64,000 nucleotides of DNA from contig CAVPKD010000006.1 of assembly GCA_963705595.1 (NCBI GenBank), positions 321,781-385,780 on the forward strand, in the 5' to 3' direction. Below the pieces are notes generated by a model that saw only the letters and a program-made list of their open reading frames with translations, had not been told where the DNA came from and did not search any database. The first letter of the stretch is position 1, and each line of letters starts with the position of its first letter. Shown here piece by piece: positions 1-11,195 of the stretch. The position numbers were made by a program, and so were the translations under genes. The stretch comes from Nitrospirota bacterium (GTDB lineage: Bacteria > Nitrospirota > UBA9217).

Positions 1-168
1 TATCGGGATGCGGACGCCAAGCTCGCAGAGCTTAAAAAGGGATCCTTTATCTCTCTCGAGCAGCTGAAAGACGATATCGAAAAGGAGATTTCCGCCAAAT
101 TTCTTGAGGAAGGCGAGAGAATCCAGCTCGAAGAGAAAACCAGAAAAAATGAAAAAGTCAGAAACTGA
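1..168 (+). CDS. 3' end of an upstream ORF (last 55 codons, charged), product unknown
   Basis: Frame open from base 1 to TGA at 166-168 (...EEKTRKNEKVRN*); no recognisable motif. Confidence 0.3.
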   Translation, partial: YRDADAKLAELKKGSFISLEQLKDDIEKEISAKFLEEGERIQLEEKTRKNEKVRN

Positions 169-259
169 CATGCCTATTATATAGGCTGCTGATTAAATTT
201 AAGGCAAAACCCTACCCTTTATTTGTTGCTAACCTTATGGAATCAATCATTTTTTATTT

Positions 260-640
<381 letters not shown>

Positions 641-825
641 AAAGTAAAAAGAAGAAAACAGGCAAAAGGAGCAGTACCCGGAAAGCTGTCCAGAAAACAA
701 CTGCGAAGAAATCACTCGAGAAAAAATCGGCAAAAAAGAAATCAGCTATTACTGGACAGGCGGGAGATGCAAGCAAACAGAAGACCAATGCGGTCTCAAT
801 ACGAATTTCAGAACAGGAGGATAAA

Positions 826-2238
826 ATGACACCAAAAGATGTACTGAAGTTAGCAAAAGAGAGCAAGGCAATGATGGTAGACATGAAATTCATGGACTAC
901 CCCGGACTGTGGCAGCACTTCTCCGTCCCGGTGGATGAATTGACCGAAGGCATATTCGAAGAAGGCCTCGGGTTCGACGGATCCAGCATTCGTGGATGGC
1001 AGGCGATCCACACGAGCGACATGCTCGTGGTTCCTGACGCGGAGACAGCGGTTATGGATCCCTTCACCAAGTATCCGACGCTCTCGCTTATCTGCAACAT
1101 CGTTGACCCCATCACCAAGGAGCGATACAGCCGCGACCCGCGCTACATAGCGCAGAAGTCCGAGGCGTACCTCAAGTCCACCGGCCTTGGCGACACCTGC
1201 TACATGGGCCCCGAGCCTGAGTTCTTCATCTTCGACGACATCCGCTTCGACCAGAATTCTCACTCCGGCTATTACTTCCTCGACAGTGTGGAAGGCATTT
1301 GGAACAGCGGCAAGGATGAGAAGCCGAACCTGGGATACAAGCCGCGCCATAAGGAAGGCTACTTCCCGGTGCCGCCCATTGACAGCCAGGAGGACATCCG
1401 CACCGAGATGGTGGAGGAGATGCAGAAGGTTGGTATCTACGTTGAGAAACAGCATCATGAGGTGGCCACTGCCGGTCAGGCCGAGATCGACATGCGGTTC
1501 AATTCTCTCGTGAAGTGCGCCGACCAGCTCATGTATTTCAAGTACATTATCAAGAACGTGGCGAAGCGGCATAATAAGACCGTGACCTTCATGCCCAAGC
1601 CGCTCTTCGGCGATAACGGTTCGGGCATGCACACGCATCAGTCCATCTGGAAGAACGGCAAACCGCTTTTCGCGGGCGATGGCTATGCGGGCATGTCCCA
1701 GATGGCGCTCCACTACATTGGTGGCATCTTGAAGCACGCAAAAGTGATCGCTGCGTTCACCAACCCAACGACGAACTCCTATAAGCGATTGACCCCGGGA
1801 TTCGAGGCTCCGGTGAACTTGGCTTACTCCAGCCGTAACCGGTCGGCCTCCGTCCGCATCCCCATGTACAGCGCGAACCCCAAGACAAAGCGCATCGAGG
1901 TCAGGTTCCCCGACCCATCCTGTAACCCCTACCTGGCGTTCGCGGCCATGCTCCTGGCGGGCCTGGACGGCATCGAGAACAAGATCGATCCAGGCCAACC
2001 GCTCGACAAGGATATCTACGATATGGCGCCTGAAGAACTGGCGAGCGTGCCGACTATGCCGGGCTCGCTCGACGAGGCCCTCAATAATCTCGAGGCAGAC
2101 CACAACTTCCTTCTAAAGGGCGATGTGTTCACCAAGGACGCCATCGAGACCTGGATCAGTTACAAGAGATCCAAGGAAGTGGATGCCCTCCGTCTTCGAC
2201 CCCATCCCTACGAATTCTTCCTGTATTACGATCTGTAA
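826..2238 (+). CDS. glnA: Glutamine synthetase type I (470 aa from ATG 826; the frame is open back to ATG 637)
   Basis: Full-length GS-I sequence ([12 protein letters not shown]..., [31 protein letters not shown]); AGGAGG at 815-820, 5 nt before ATG 826. Confidence 0.95.
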   Translation: MTPKDVLKLAKESKAMMVDMKFMDYPGLWQHFSVPVDELTEGIFEEGLGFDGSSIRGWQAIHTSDMLVVPDAETAVMDPFTKYPTLSLICNIVDPITKERYSRDPRYIAQKSEAYLKSTGLGDTCYMGPEPEFFIFDDIRFDQNSHSGYYFLDSVEGIWNSGKDEKPNLGYKPRHKEGYFPVPPIDSQEDIRTEMVEEMQKVGIYVEKQHHEVATAGQAEIDMRFNSLVKCADQLMYFKYIIKNVAKRHNKTVTFMPKPLFGDNGSGMHTHQSIWKNGKPLFAGDGYAGMSQMALHYIGGILKHAKVIAAFTNPTTNSYKRLTPGFEAPVNLAYSSRNRSASVRIPMYSANPKTKRIEVRFPDPSCNPYLAFAAMLLAGLDGIENKIDPGQPLDKDIYDMAPEELASVPTMPGSLDEALNNLEADHNFLLKGDVFTKDAIETWISYKRSKEVDALRLRPHPYEFFLYYDL

Positions 2239-2271
2239 TATCTCCGCGATTCAAGAAATGGATCATCCAGA

Positions 2272-2307
2272 CCGGGACCTCATATCAGCAGGGGCCCCGG
2301 TTTTTTT
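2272..2307 (+). terminator. Rho-independent terminator after glnA
   Basis: CCGGGACC...GGGGCCCCGG stem (one mismatch), 9-nt loop, followed by T7 at 2301-2307. Confidence 0.65.
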
Positions 2308-2601
2308 ATACCAATGATCCGGTAATGGCAGAGTGCGCGAAATATGGTTTCAGGGATGTCATGACCAAACCGTCCAGGATAAGAGACCTGAGCGCGGTCA
2401 GTTATCGGGTGATAAATACGGAGTCCTGAGGTCTCTGCTGTTCCTCTTGTTGCTGGTCGAGCCTGGGGTCGGTTGCGCCTTTCAGCGGCGGATAGAGTAA
2501 TGAAAAATCTGAGGGGAAAAAATCGAGATCGGAGAACGCAAGTCACGAAAAACATTTCTTCTTGATTTTTTTGTCGGTTCGTACGATAATGGCCGCCTTG
2601 A

Positions 2602-3289
<688 letters not shown>

Positions 3290-3305
3290 TTTTTAGCTGG
3301 GAGAA

Positions 3306-3346
3306 AAAGTAAAGGCGGGATGCCATGCATCCCGCCTTTACTTTTG
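3306..3346 (+). terminator. Rho-independent terminator after adk
   Basis: Perfect 17-bp stem, 3306-3322 AAAGTAAAGGCGGGATG with 3328-3344 CATCCCGCCTTTACTTT, 5-nt loop, T-rich 3' side. Confidence 0.75.
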
Positions 3347-3574
3347 TCACATTTACAACAATTGTAAACTGGCGATAACGCCGGCTTATTTACACTTCTA
3401 AATAATGATAGCCGGGTGCAAATAACAGGAAGGAAACAGTATATGTCGTTAATAATGTATAGCTGAATTAAATGACAGAAGAGAATGCAAAGGATGGGTA
3501 TTTAAGGGTCCAAAAAGAATAAGAGGGTAGCAGCCTGCTAACACTTTGACTTTATCAATTTGCGCCGTAAAACC

Positions 3575-3647
3575 TCTCACCCCGAATGTAGTGAAGGGTC
3601 GCATATATTTGAAAGGCGAGATCCTCTGCTTTGCTCAGATTGACAAT
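3575..3647. repeat. Imperfect inverted repeat in an AT-rich spacer
   Basis: 3575-3602 CTCACCCCGAATGTAGTGAAGGGTCGC versus 3617-3647 GAGATCCTCTGCTTTGCTCAGATTGACAATG (reverse complement is partly collinear). Confidence 0.4.
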
Positions 3648-3676
3648 GAAATAAAAGAGATTGATGACGCGATACA

Positions 3677-4303
3677 CTAGGTAGGCATCCTATCGAACTT
3701 TTCCCAGGAGACCGCAACAATATCTCCATCCGTGGGAACCTCTTTCAAATCGGGTTGTCTGAAGGGGGCAATTATCTTCTGCGAAGGGAAATATGAACCA
3801 CAACAAACAAGATTGAGAATTGCACCAGACTTAGGGCCGCGGGCCACTTCAAACTCTGAACAGGGAAACTTCTTGTTCTCTTCAAGATCAAACAAATGCT
3901 GACCCCGCAGAAAAAGGGTGCGACCATCCTCCAGATGAAGAAAATAACCGCCGCCTTCATCCTCCAATTCTTCAACTCTGATAGCCTTATTTGCATAGAA
4001 GCGAGTCACCTCGACGACACCGCCAGCGAGGTCATCCTGATAGGAGGTGAGTGAAGAACTGCGACACAATTTCAGGTAAGAGCGAATGCTGTAGACAAGC
4101 CAGGCAACAATGATAATTGAAAAAAGAACAGGGAAATATAGACTTAAGAAACCCAGAACGTGGTCAACGACATAAAGGATGCCGATACTGATGGCTGAGC
4201 ACAATGCCGCCATAAGCAAAGCACTGGCCAGAGTGACTGGATTCTCCGCCTTGGCTATCAAAGCTTGGCGTTCTTCGCTGGTTAATGGTCTTATCGTGGA
4301 CAT
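3677..4303 (-). CDS. Hypothetical membrane protein (2 predicted TM helices plus a C-terminal soluble domain)
   Basis: 208-aa ORF; hydrophobic stretches LASALLMAALCSAISIGILYVV and FPVLFSIIIVAWLVY; lies in a low-GC islet; no family recognised. Confidence 0.55.
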   Translation of the reverse strand: MSTIRPLTSEERQALIAKAENPVTLASALLMAALCSAISIGILYVVDHVLGFLSLYFPVLFSIIIVAWLVYSIRSYLKLCRSSSLTSYQDDLAGGVVEVTRFYANKAIRVEELEDEGGGYFLHLEDGRTLFLRGQHLFDLEENKKFPCSEFEVARGPKSGAILNLVCCGSYFPSQKIIAPFRQPDLKEVPTDGDIVAVSWEKFDRMPT

Positions 4304-4479
4304 GTATCAACCTATCAGTTACACCGCTTACTGCCGATTATGAAAAATAATCTATATATGTTATAAAACTTGTCAATTGCAAATTCTGAGAGGGAAATCA
4401 AGAAAAATGACAAATCGCTATTTGAGTGGACCAGTGCTGTTCAGTGACTTAAATCTATATATGGTATTTGTGTGCAACG

Positions 4480-5343
4480 CTATAATCTGACCGGCACGCC
4501 TCGTTCCTTCAAATATTCCTTCGCCTGCCTGATGGTGTATTCCCTGAAGTGGAAGATCGAGGCCGCGAGAGCGGCATCGGCCTTGCCCTTGGTGAATCCC
4601 GTCATAGATATGTTCGAGGTTCCCCACGCCGCCGGAGGCGATGACCGGGATCGAGACCGCTTCGGCCACGGCGCGCGTCAGCTCCAGGTCGTAGCCCGTT
4701 CTTCTGGCCGTCCTGGTCCATGCTCGTGAGCAGTATCTCTCCAGCGCCGTACTCTTCCATCTTCCGTGCCCAGGCGACGGCATCGATGCCCATGGGCTTT
4801 CTGCCGCCGTGGGTGTAGACTTCCCACTGCAGTGCGGAGTGCGGACTGTGGATTGCGGAATCGACTGAGGAAGAGCGACCTGTATTTCGGATCATCGGCC
4901 CATTTGAGCGGCGGCTTGAAATCCTTGTCATGTGCGACAACCTGCTTGGCGTCGATGGCGACGACGATGCACTGGCTGCCGAAGCGCATGGATGCCGCCT
5001 TGATGAACTCCGGGTCGTGGACCGCAGTGGTGTTGATCGAGACCTTGTCGCGCTCCGGCGAGCAGGAGATTTCGGATATCGTCGAGGATTCTTGATGCCG
5101 CCGCCCGACGGTGAGCGGCATGAAGACCTGCTCCGCAGTGCGGCGCACGATGTCGAGGATGATGCCGCGCTCTTCGTGGGAGGCGGTGATGTCCAGGAAC
5201 GTGAGTTCGTCCGCGCCCTGCTCGTCGTAGACCTTCGCGATCTCGACGGGGTCGCCGGCGTCGTGCAGGTTCACGAAGCTGACGCCTTTTACGACACGGC
5301 CGCCTTTCACGTCGAGGCAGGGTATGATTCGTTTGGTCAGCAT
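4480..5343 (-). pseudogene. hisF: Imidazole glycerol phosphate synthase cyclase subunit; about six +1 frame disruptions as assembled
   Basis: [20 protein letters not shown]...[10 protein letters not shown]...[20 protein letters not shown]...[19 protein letters not shown]...[21 protein letters not shown] is recovered only by joining three frames (ORFs 4678-5382, 4602-4940, 4418-4783, plus the last 40 codons in frame 0). Confidence 0.9.
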
Positions 5344-5524
5344 TGATATTTCTCTCATGTCTGGCGAAAAAATAAATATCAAAAGTACAGCAAAAGGGTC
5401 ATGCTACCGCAGAGCAGCAAAGGATCCAGAGTAAGACCGTTCTTATCTTGAGTATTTCTCCTTGCGAACGCTACGTGCTTTGCGAGAAACTATAGTGCCT
5501 GCTACCGGGCGCACCGGTTGTCGT

Positions 5525-6253
5525 TCAGTCTTGACAAACAGTGATGGCTTCCTTCAGATCGAGCGAGCCGCTGTAGATCGCCTTCCCGGTGATCACCCCG
5601 CTGACACCGGAGTATCGCACCGTAAGAAGGTTCTCAATGTCCTTCATCGTGTGAACGCCGCCCGAGGCAATGACCGGGATATGGAGCGCCTCGGCGAGCG
5701 CCTTGGTCGCCTCGATGTTCGGGCCCGAGAGCATGCCGTCGCGCTTGATGTCGGTGTAGATGATGGCGATGACGCCGTGGTCCTGCATCTGTTTCGCCAG
5801 GTCAATGGCCTTCACCTTGGTGACTTCGGCCCAGCCCTTGATCGCCACCAGGCCGTCCTTGGCATCGATGCCCACGATGATCTTTCCCGGGAATTTCTCG
5901 CAGGCTTCCCGTACAAAGGCAGGGTTCTCGATGGCCGCGGTGCCGAGAATGATCCGGTCGATGCCGATGGAGACCAAGGTGTCTGATCGTGGCCATGTCG
6001 CGGATGCCGCCGCCGACCTCGATCGGGATCTTGATGGCGGCGCGGATCGCCTTGATGGCATCGAGGTTCTTCGGCACGCCGGCAAAGGCGCCGTTCAGGT
6101 CCACGACATGCAGGAGCTCTGCACCTTGGGACTTCCCAGTGCTTTGCCGTGGTCGCGCGGGTCGTCGGAGTAGACCGTGGCCTTGTCCATGAGCCCCTGT
6201 TCGAGGCGGACGCACTTGCCTTCTTTTAGATCGATTGCGGGAATGATTAACAT
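5525..6253 (-). pseudogene. hisA: ProFAR isomerase; three +1 frame disruptions as assembled
   Basis: [20 protein letters not shown] (frame 1) -> TTAKHWE (0) -> [16 protein letters not shown]...IEVGGGIRD (2) -> [14 protein letters not shown]...VIASGGV...GVITGKAIY (1). Confidence 0.9.
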
Positions 6254-6272
6254 AAGAACCTCAAAACATATT

Positions 6273-6412
6273 TACCACAGAGGACGCAGACGGAATCCCA
6301 AAAGGCTTTAGAAAAAAAAGAAAGCTGCGCGCCTAGCTTAACGTCATCAAATATTCTTTTGCTTTAGTTCATTGTCGATTCGTTTATCTTCCTCCGCGCC
6401 CTCTGCGGTGAA
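6273..6412 (-). repeat. Intercistronic imperfect inverted repeat (hisA-hisH spacer) forming a long stem on the sense transcript
   Basis: 6274-6290 pairs with 6409-6393; that gives 17 consecutive pairs on the minus-strand RNA, 3 of them G-U, versus 3 A-C mismatches on the plus strand. Confidence 0.7.
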
Positions 6413-6413
6413 A

Positions 6414-7034
6414 TCAAGTTTTTTGCTCTCCGAACCGCTTCAGGATCGACAGCCCCAGCGCCTGGCTCTTCTCCGGATGGAACTGGACCGCGAAGATATT
6501 GTCCTTCCAGATGCTCGAGACGAACTCGATGCCATAGGGCGTTGTCGTTGCGATCACGCTCTTGTCTTCAGGCACCACATGGAACGAGTGCACGAAATAC
6601 ACATGGCTGTTGTCAGGAACATCCTGGAGCGCCGGGGCCTGCCGCTTGATTGATATCGAATTCCAGCCCATGTGCGGGATCTTGAGATCCGACGAATTCC
6701 GGCCCCTTGAACCGGATCACGCGGCCTTTGATGATGTCCAGCCCTTTCGAGATCCCGAACTCCTCGCTTTCGGTGAAGAGCAGCTGGAGGCCGAGACAGA
6801 TGCCGAGAAAGGGTTTGCCGGACCTGATGCTCCTGTGCACCGCATCGATGAGGCCGTACTCCTCGAGGTTTCGCATGCAGTCCGGGAAGGCGCCTACGCC
6901 GGGCAGGACGACCTTGTCGATGCGTTCAGGATCGTCTTTGCGTCGCTCGTGACCACGGCTTCGTGGCCCATGCGCTCGAAGCCCTTCTGAACGCTCCGCA
7001 GATTTCCCATTCCGTAGTCGATGATAGCGATCAT
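6414..7034 (-). pseudogene. hisH: Imidazole glycerol phosphate synthase glutamine amidotransferase subunit; one -1 and one +1 disruption
   Basis: MIAIIDYGMGNLRSVQKGFERMGHEAVV (frame 2) -> DKVVLPGVGAF...GKPFLGICLGLQLL (0) -> HMGWNSI...YFVHSF...AVQFHPEKS (2). Confidence 0.9.
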
Positions 7035-7047
7035 ATATTAATAAAAT

Positions 7048-7213
7048 TCGGGACGCAGATTTTCGCAGATGAACGTGGATGAAAATCAAATTCATGAGGG
7101 ATACGCATGGCACGGAAAAAGTAGATTAAGAAATTTGAGTCATATCCGATCTTCAGATTTATCCATGTCCAATGAATTCTGGTTTTCCGCATCAATCTGC
7201 GTTCACCAGCGTC
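7048..7213 (-). repeat. Intercistronic imperfect inverted repeat (hisH-hisB spacer), arms of about 45 nt
   Basis: 7048-7095 GGGACGCAGATTTTCGCAGATGAACGTGGATGAAAATCAAATTCAT versus the reverse complement of 7158-7213, GGACGCTGGTGAACGCAGATTGATGCGGAAAACCAGAATTCAT (about 70% by eye). Confidence 0.55.
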
Positions 7214-7223
7214 CAATGATATC

Positions 7224-7815
7224 TCAGATCTTTCCCTTCGTCGAGAGCACGCCCTTGATCCTCGGATCGAGGCTCGTGGCCTGGTCCAGGGCGCGGCCGA
7301 AGGCCTTGAAGATGGCTTCGAGCATGTGGTGGACGTCGCGGCCGTAAAGGAGGCGGATATGCAGGTTCATGCCCAGCATGGTTCACAACGGACTGAAAGA
7401 AGTCTTCTGCAAGTCCGGGGTCGAAGTCCTTGAGCTTGTACTTCTTCGGCAGTTCCACCTGGTACGCTAGGTAGGGCCTGCCGGACAGGTCCATCACCAC
7501 CTGCGCCAGGGTCTCGTCCATGGGCACGGTCACGTCTCCGTATCGGCGGATGCCTTTGCTGTCACCGAGAGCTTTTTTGAGCGCCTGGCCGAAGGCGATG
7601 CCCAGGTCCTCGACCGTGTGGTGGTCATCGATCTCCGTATCGCCCTTGGCCTTGATCGTGAGGTCGAAGAAGCCGTGCTTGGCAATGTGGGAGAACATGT
7701 GGTCCATGAACGGTACGGATGTCTTGATGTTGTACGCGCCCGTGCCGTCGAGGTTCAAGGATATCTTGATGTCCGTCTCTTTGGTCTTACGTTCGATCGT
7801 CGCTTTGCGGGGCAT
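7224..7815 (-). pseudogene. hisB: Imidazoleglycerol-phosphate dehydratase; one +1 disruption (GG->GGG near 7372-7376)
   Basis: [26 protein letters not shown]...[14 protein letters not shown]...SVVNHAG, then [28 protein letters not shown]...STKGKI* in the next frame. Confidence 0.9.
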
Positions 7816-7873
7816 GTACCTTCTCCTTGCAGAAGTTGAGGAGTCTATGAATTACCCCGCAACTCCAAAACTC

Positions 7874-8947
7874 TTAAACTTTCAGAACTTTACTTAGTTC
7901 CGCGATAAACTCACTGTTCTCTTCCGGTTTCCCCACGGTCACGCGCAGACAATTCTTGAGCGGTCCAGGCCTGTTCAAATTCTTGATAAGGATCCCCTCC
8001 TGTTTGAGCTTCGTATAGATACGCGTTGCATCAGTCGATGTTTTGAACAGGATGAAATTGGTTTCAGACGGGTAGGCCGTAATGCCTTTCATCTGCGACA
8101 AAACATTATATAGGTTTTCCCGCTCTGAAATCAACAGGGAAATCTGTCGTTCGATGATGTTTTTGTGCTTGAGCGCCGCAACAGCAGCGGCCTGTGACAG
8201 GGTGTTGATGTTGTACGGTAGTCTGATCTTGTTCAGTTCCTCAATAACCATTGGCGAGGCGGCCAAAACTCCTACGCGAAGGCCTGCAAAACCTATTTTC
8301 GACAGCGTGCGGAGGATGATCATGTTCGGGAACTTCTTGAGCTCGGGAAGATAGGTCTTTCGGGAGAAATCAAAATATGCTTCATCGATCACCACGGCGG
8401 CAGCGGCTTTATGCAGGATTTTTCGTACAGCGGCATCGGAGAAACGGTTGCCCGTAGGGTTGTTCGGACAGGCGAGGAAGATCACCTTTGCTTTGACTTC
8501 TTTTGCCTTCTTGAGCATCTTGTCGGCATCGAGGGAAAAGTCCTTCCCGAGAGGTACGGTGACAACGTTCTGTGATAGCGCCTGGGAAGTGATCTCGTAC
8601 ATCGCAAAGGTGGGTACGGGGATGAGCACCGGTCCGCCGAATGCAAGGATTATCGCTTGAATAAGTTCATCTGATCCGTTGCCGAGAATCATCTGATCCG
8701 AGTCCATGCCCCAGAGCGCGGCAATCGCCTTTTTCAGCCCTATTGCCGACGGGTCAGGATAGCGGTTGATGAACGCTTCTTGCACCGCTTTTCCGATCTC
8801 GCGGCTCACGCGATCCGGGGGAGGGAAGGGATTCTCCATGGCGTCGAGCTTGATGCGGCATGGCGTTTCATCAATATGATATGCAGCAAGCTTGCGTATC
8901 TGCGGTTTGATGAGCCTAATGATATCTTTTATCGTTGATGATTTCAT
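7874..8947 (-). CDS. hisC: Histidinol-phosphate aminotransferase (intact)
   Basis: 357-aa uninterrupted ORF; class-II aminotransferase features (NPTGN, SKIGFAGLRVG with the PLP lysine); first gene of the his operon. Confidence 0.85.
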   Translation of the reverse strand: MKSSTIKDIIRLIKPQIRKLAAYHIDETPCRIKLDAMENPFPPPDRVSREIGKAVQEAFINRYPDPSAIGLKKAIAALWGMDSDQMILGNGSDELIQAIILAFGGPVLIPVPTFAMYEITSQALSQNVVTVPLGKDFSLDADKMLKKAKEVKAKVIFLACPNNPTGNRFSDAAVRKILHKAAAAVVIDEAYFDFSRKTYLPELKKFPNMIILRTLSKIGFAGLRVGVLAASPMVIEELNKIRLPYNINTLSQAAAVAALKHKNIIERQISLLISERENLYNVLSQMKGITAYPSETNFILFKTSTDATRIYTKLKQEGILIKNLNRPGPLKNCLRVTVGKPEENSEFIAELSKVLKV

Positions 8948-9043
8948 AGGTTTTCATGCAATATACAAGAATCGGGAATCTTGCACAAGGAGAAAATTAC
9001 ATAATTGGATACCTAACAGGGACAAGCCAGAACCAGAAGATGC

Positions 9044-9139
9044 ATGAACACGAATTGCACGAATTAGTCGAATATCACGAAGGGGGAAAGGAGTTTTATC
9101 CATGCTCTTCGTCCTTTTCGTGTCATTCGTAATTAAGGG
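9044..9139. repeat. Inverted repeat built from CACGAA-type short direct repeats (hisC / DUF255 divergent spacer)
   Basis: 9044-9085 ATGAACACGAATTGCACGAATTAGTCGAATATCACGAAGGG versus 9105-9139 CTCTTCGTCCTTTTCGTGTCATTCGTAATTAAGGG. Confidence 0.5.
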
Positions 9140-9231
9140 ATTGAGATTTTTTCTACCTTTTGACGAGAATTTGAATCGCGAATTTCTAACACTCGTTGTT
9201 TTCTTGTATGGAAATGAGGTATCATGAGTGC

Positions 9232-11070
9232 ATGAAAAAAATCTTTTTATCCGTGCTTTGCTGTGTTCTTCTGCTTTGTCATGCATCTCCGGCATCGGAC
9301 TTCCGCTTCTCTCCCCGTCCCAACAGGGCGCACCTGATCCAGTGGAGAACTTGGGGCCAGGAAGTATTCGATGAGGCGCAGAAGAAAAACAAGCTTATCC
9401 TGCTTTCCCTCAGCGCTATCTGGTGCCATTGGTGCCATGTGATGGACGAGACCACCTATTCGGATCAGGAGATCATCAGCTTTATCAACGACAATTTTAT
9501 TCCCGTCAGGGTAGACGCGGACATGCGGCCCGATATCGACACTCTCTATAACCAGGGCGGTTGGCCCAGCACGGCAATCCTTACTCCGCAGGGAGAAGTC
9601 ATTAGTGGTGGAAACTATATCCCACCGGAGGAAATGCTCGGGAGGCTCAAGAGAACGGCGGCGTTTTACAGCGGCAATCGCAATGCCGTCTTAGATCGGA
9701 TCAAAGAGATGAGGGCCATGAAGGAACTCCGCAGCATCGGGCAGAAAGGTTATGCCGGTGAGCCGGACAAAATCGATCTCGACTACATTGTCCAAATCCT
9801 CAAGGGGTCCTTTGATGAAAAGAATGGTGGTTTTGGAAGGAGCCAGAAATTCCCAAGCCCCGACTCGATCGACTTTCTGCTTTCGGTGTATGCACAGCAC
9901 AAGGATGAAGAGATCAAGAGGATCGTGACTCTGACGCTCGACCACATGGCGAAAGGCGAAATCTTCGACAAGGTCGAAGGAGGCTTTTTCCGGTATGCCA
10001 CGAAAACGGACTGGTCACAGCCCCATTATGAAAAGATGCTTGAGGTGAATGCAGGGCTGATCAGGAGCTATGCTGACGCTTCCCTGGTCTTGGGAAGGAA
10101 GGACTATATTCGCATCGTCCGCAAGAGCATGCGATTTATTCAGAACAACCTGTACGACAATGAGGGTGGCGGTTTTTTTGGAAGCCAGGACGCGGATGAA
10201 GCATATTACAAGAGGCGAGACCGGAAAGGAATGAAAGCCCCATTTGTTGACAAGACAACGTACACGGATTCCTCGTCTCTCATGATCAGCGCACTTGTTG
10301 CGTCATATGGTGCGATATCGGACAAGCAGTACTTGGGTATGGCTATCAAGGGCGCTGATTTCCTGCTGGAGAAACTTTATTCCGGCAGTGACGGAGTGTG
10401 CCATTATTTCCGTGATGGAGCGCCTCATCTCACAGGTATTCTTTCGGACAATGCTCTTGCAGGGTCAGCCCTTCTTGATCTGTATAATGCAACGGGTGAA
10501 AAACGTTATCTGAATGCTGCAAAAGAGATTGGGAAGCTTATCATTGGCCAATTCTACGACGTGGCCAAGAAACGATTCCGCTCGACTCTCGATACGTCAC
10601 TCAGCAAACCCGTGACCGCCGGCGCTTTGTCGGAGGTGAACGAGAACCTTGCTAATTACAGGGCGATCCGTTTTCTGAGCAGGCTTGCATTTACTGGAGA
10701 GGTTAAGAGGCTGAAAGAAGTCCGCGATGCCGTTTTTGCGACCATTTCCGGTGAATATCAGCGATTCGCGCCTCAGGCAGGTGCTTATGGAAACTCTGCT
10801 TATTGGATCGCGGTGGAGCCCGTTCAGATCATGATTCTTGCTGATGGAGAGGGTGCACGGAAATATCTGTCGGTGATCAACAGCGTTTATGTCCCGGAAA
10901 AGGTTGTGCGGGTGCTCTCGCTTTCAGAGGATGCCGGGGAGATTACAAAACTCAAGTACACGTTTAAAGAATCCGTTTATCTGTGCGCAGGTAAGCGATG
11001 CTCGGCACCGATAGCTAAGACGGAGCATCTTAAAGAAGAATTAATAAGATTCATGGGGAAAAAGAACTGA
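9232..11070 (+). CDS. Secreted thioredoxin-domain (DUF255 / YyaL-like) protein with a C-terminal alpha/alpha-toroid-like region
   Basis: Signal-like MKKIFLSVLCCVLLLCHASPA; LSAIWCHWCHVMDETTY motif typical of DUF255; ORF 9196-11070, ATG at 9232 preferred. Confidence 0.8.
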   Translation: MKKIFLSVLCCVLLLCHASPASDFRFSPRPNRAHLIQWRTWGQEVFDEAQKKNKLILLSLSAIWCHWCHVMDETTYSDQEIISFINDNFIPVRVDADMRPDIDTLYNQGGWPSTAILTPQGEVISGGNYIPPEEMLGRLKRTAAFYSGNRNAVLDRIKEMRAMKELRSIGQKGYAGEPDKIDLDYIVQILKGSFDEKNGGFGRSQKFPSPDSIDFLLSVYAQHKDEEIKRIVTLTLDHMAKGEIFDKVEGGFFRYATKTDWSQPHYEKMLEVNAGLIRSYADASLVLGRKDYIRIVRKSMRFIQNNLYDNEGGGFFGSQDADEAYYKRRDRKGMKAPFVDKTTYTDSSSLMISALVASYGAISDKQYLGMAIKGADFLLEKLYSGSDGVCHYFRDGAPHLTGILSDNALAGSALLDLYNATGEKRYLNAAKEIGKLIIGQFYDVAKKRFRSTLDTSLSKPVTAGALSEVNENLANYRAIRFLSRLAFTGEVKRLKEVRDAVFATISGEYQRFAPQAGAYGNSAYWIAVEPVQIMILADGEGARKYLSVINSVYVPEKVVRVLSLSEDAGEITKLKYTFKESVYLCAGKRCSAPIAKTEHLKEELIRFMGKKN

Positions 11071-11195
11071 ATAAACCCCGCCTTGTTTTGAAAACCCTTT
11101 TTAAAATGGTGTTGTGCCGGACTGATTATTAGCTGACTCCACCATTCACCTGTATCATAAATACATCAATGTAATTATTGTAATCGAGGTGCGAG

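Noticed and set aside
850-2103. Long antisense ORFs opposite glnA (417 aa), and similar shadow ORFs opposite murA, hisD, rho, the NHL gene (53484-54563, 55230-56402), the AEC gene and the final radical SAM gene (63148-63762)
   Set aside because: They lie exactly antisense to genes with unmistakable conserved protein sequence. They are Arg/Gly/His-rich low-complexity translations typical of GC-rich antisense frames, and they have no RBS.
4480-8947. Histidine biosynthesis decaying into true pseudogenes (auxotrophy)
   Set aside because: The same kind of indels hits prfA and murA, which are essential and normally single-copy. The resolvable sites are homopolymer-length changes. No stop-creating substitutions or deletions larger than 1 nt were seen. 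Assembly error is more parsimonious, though unproven without reads.
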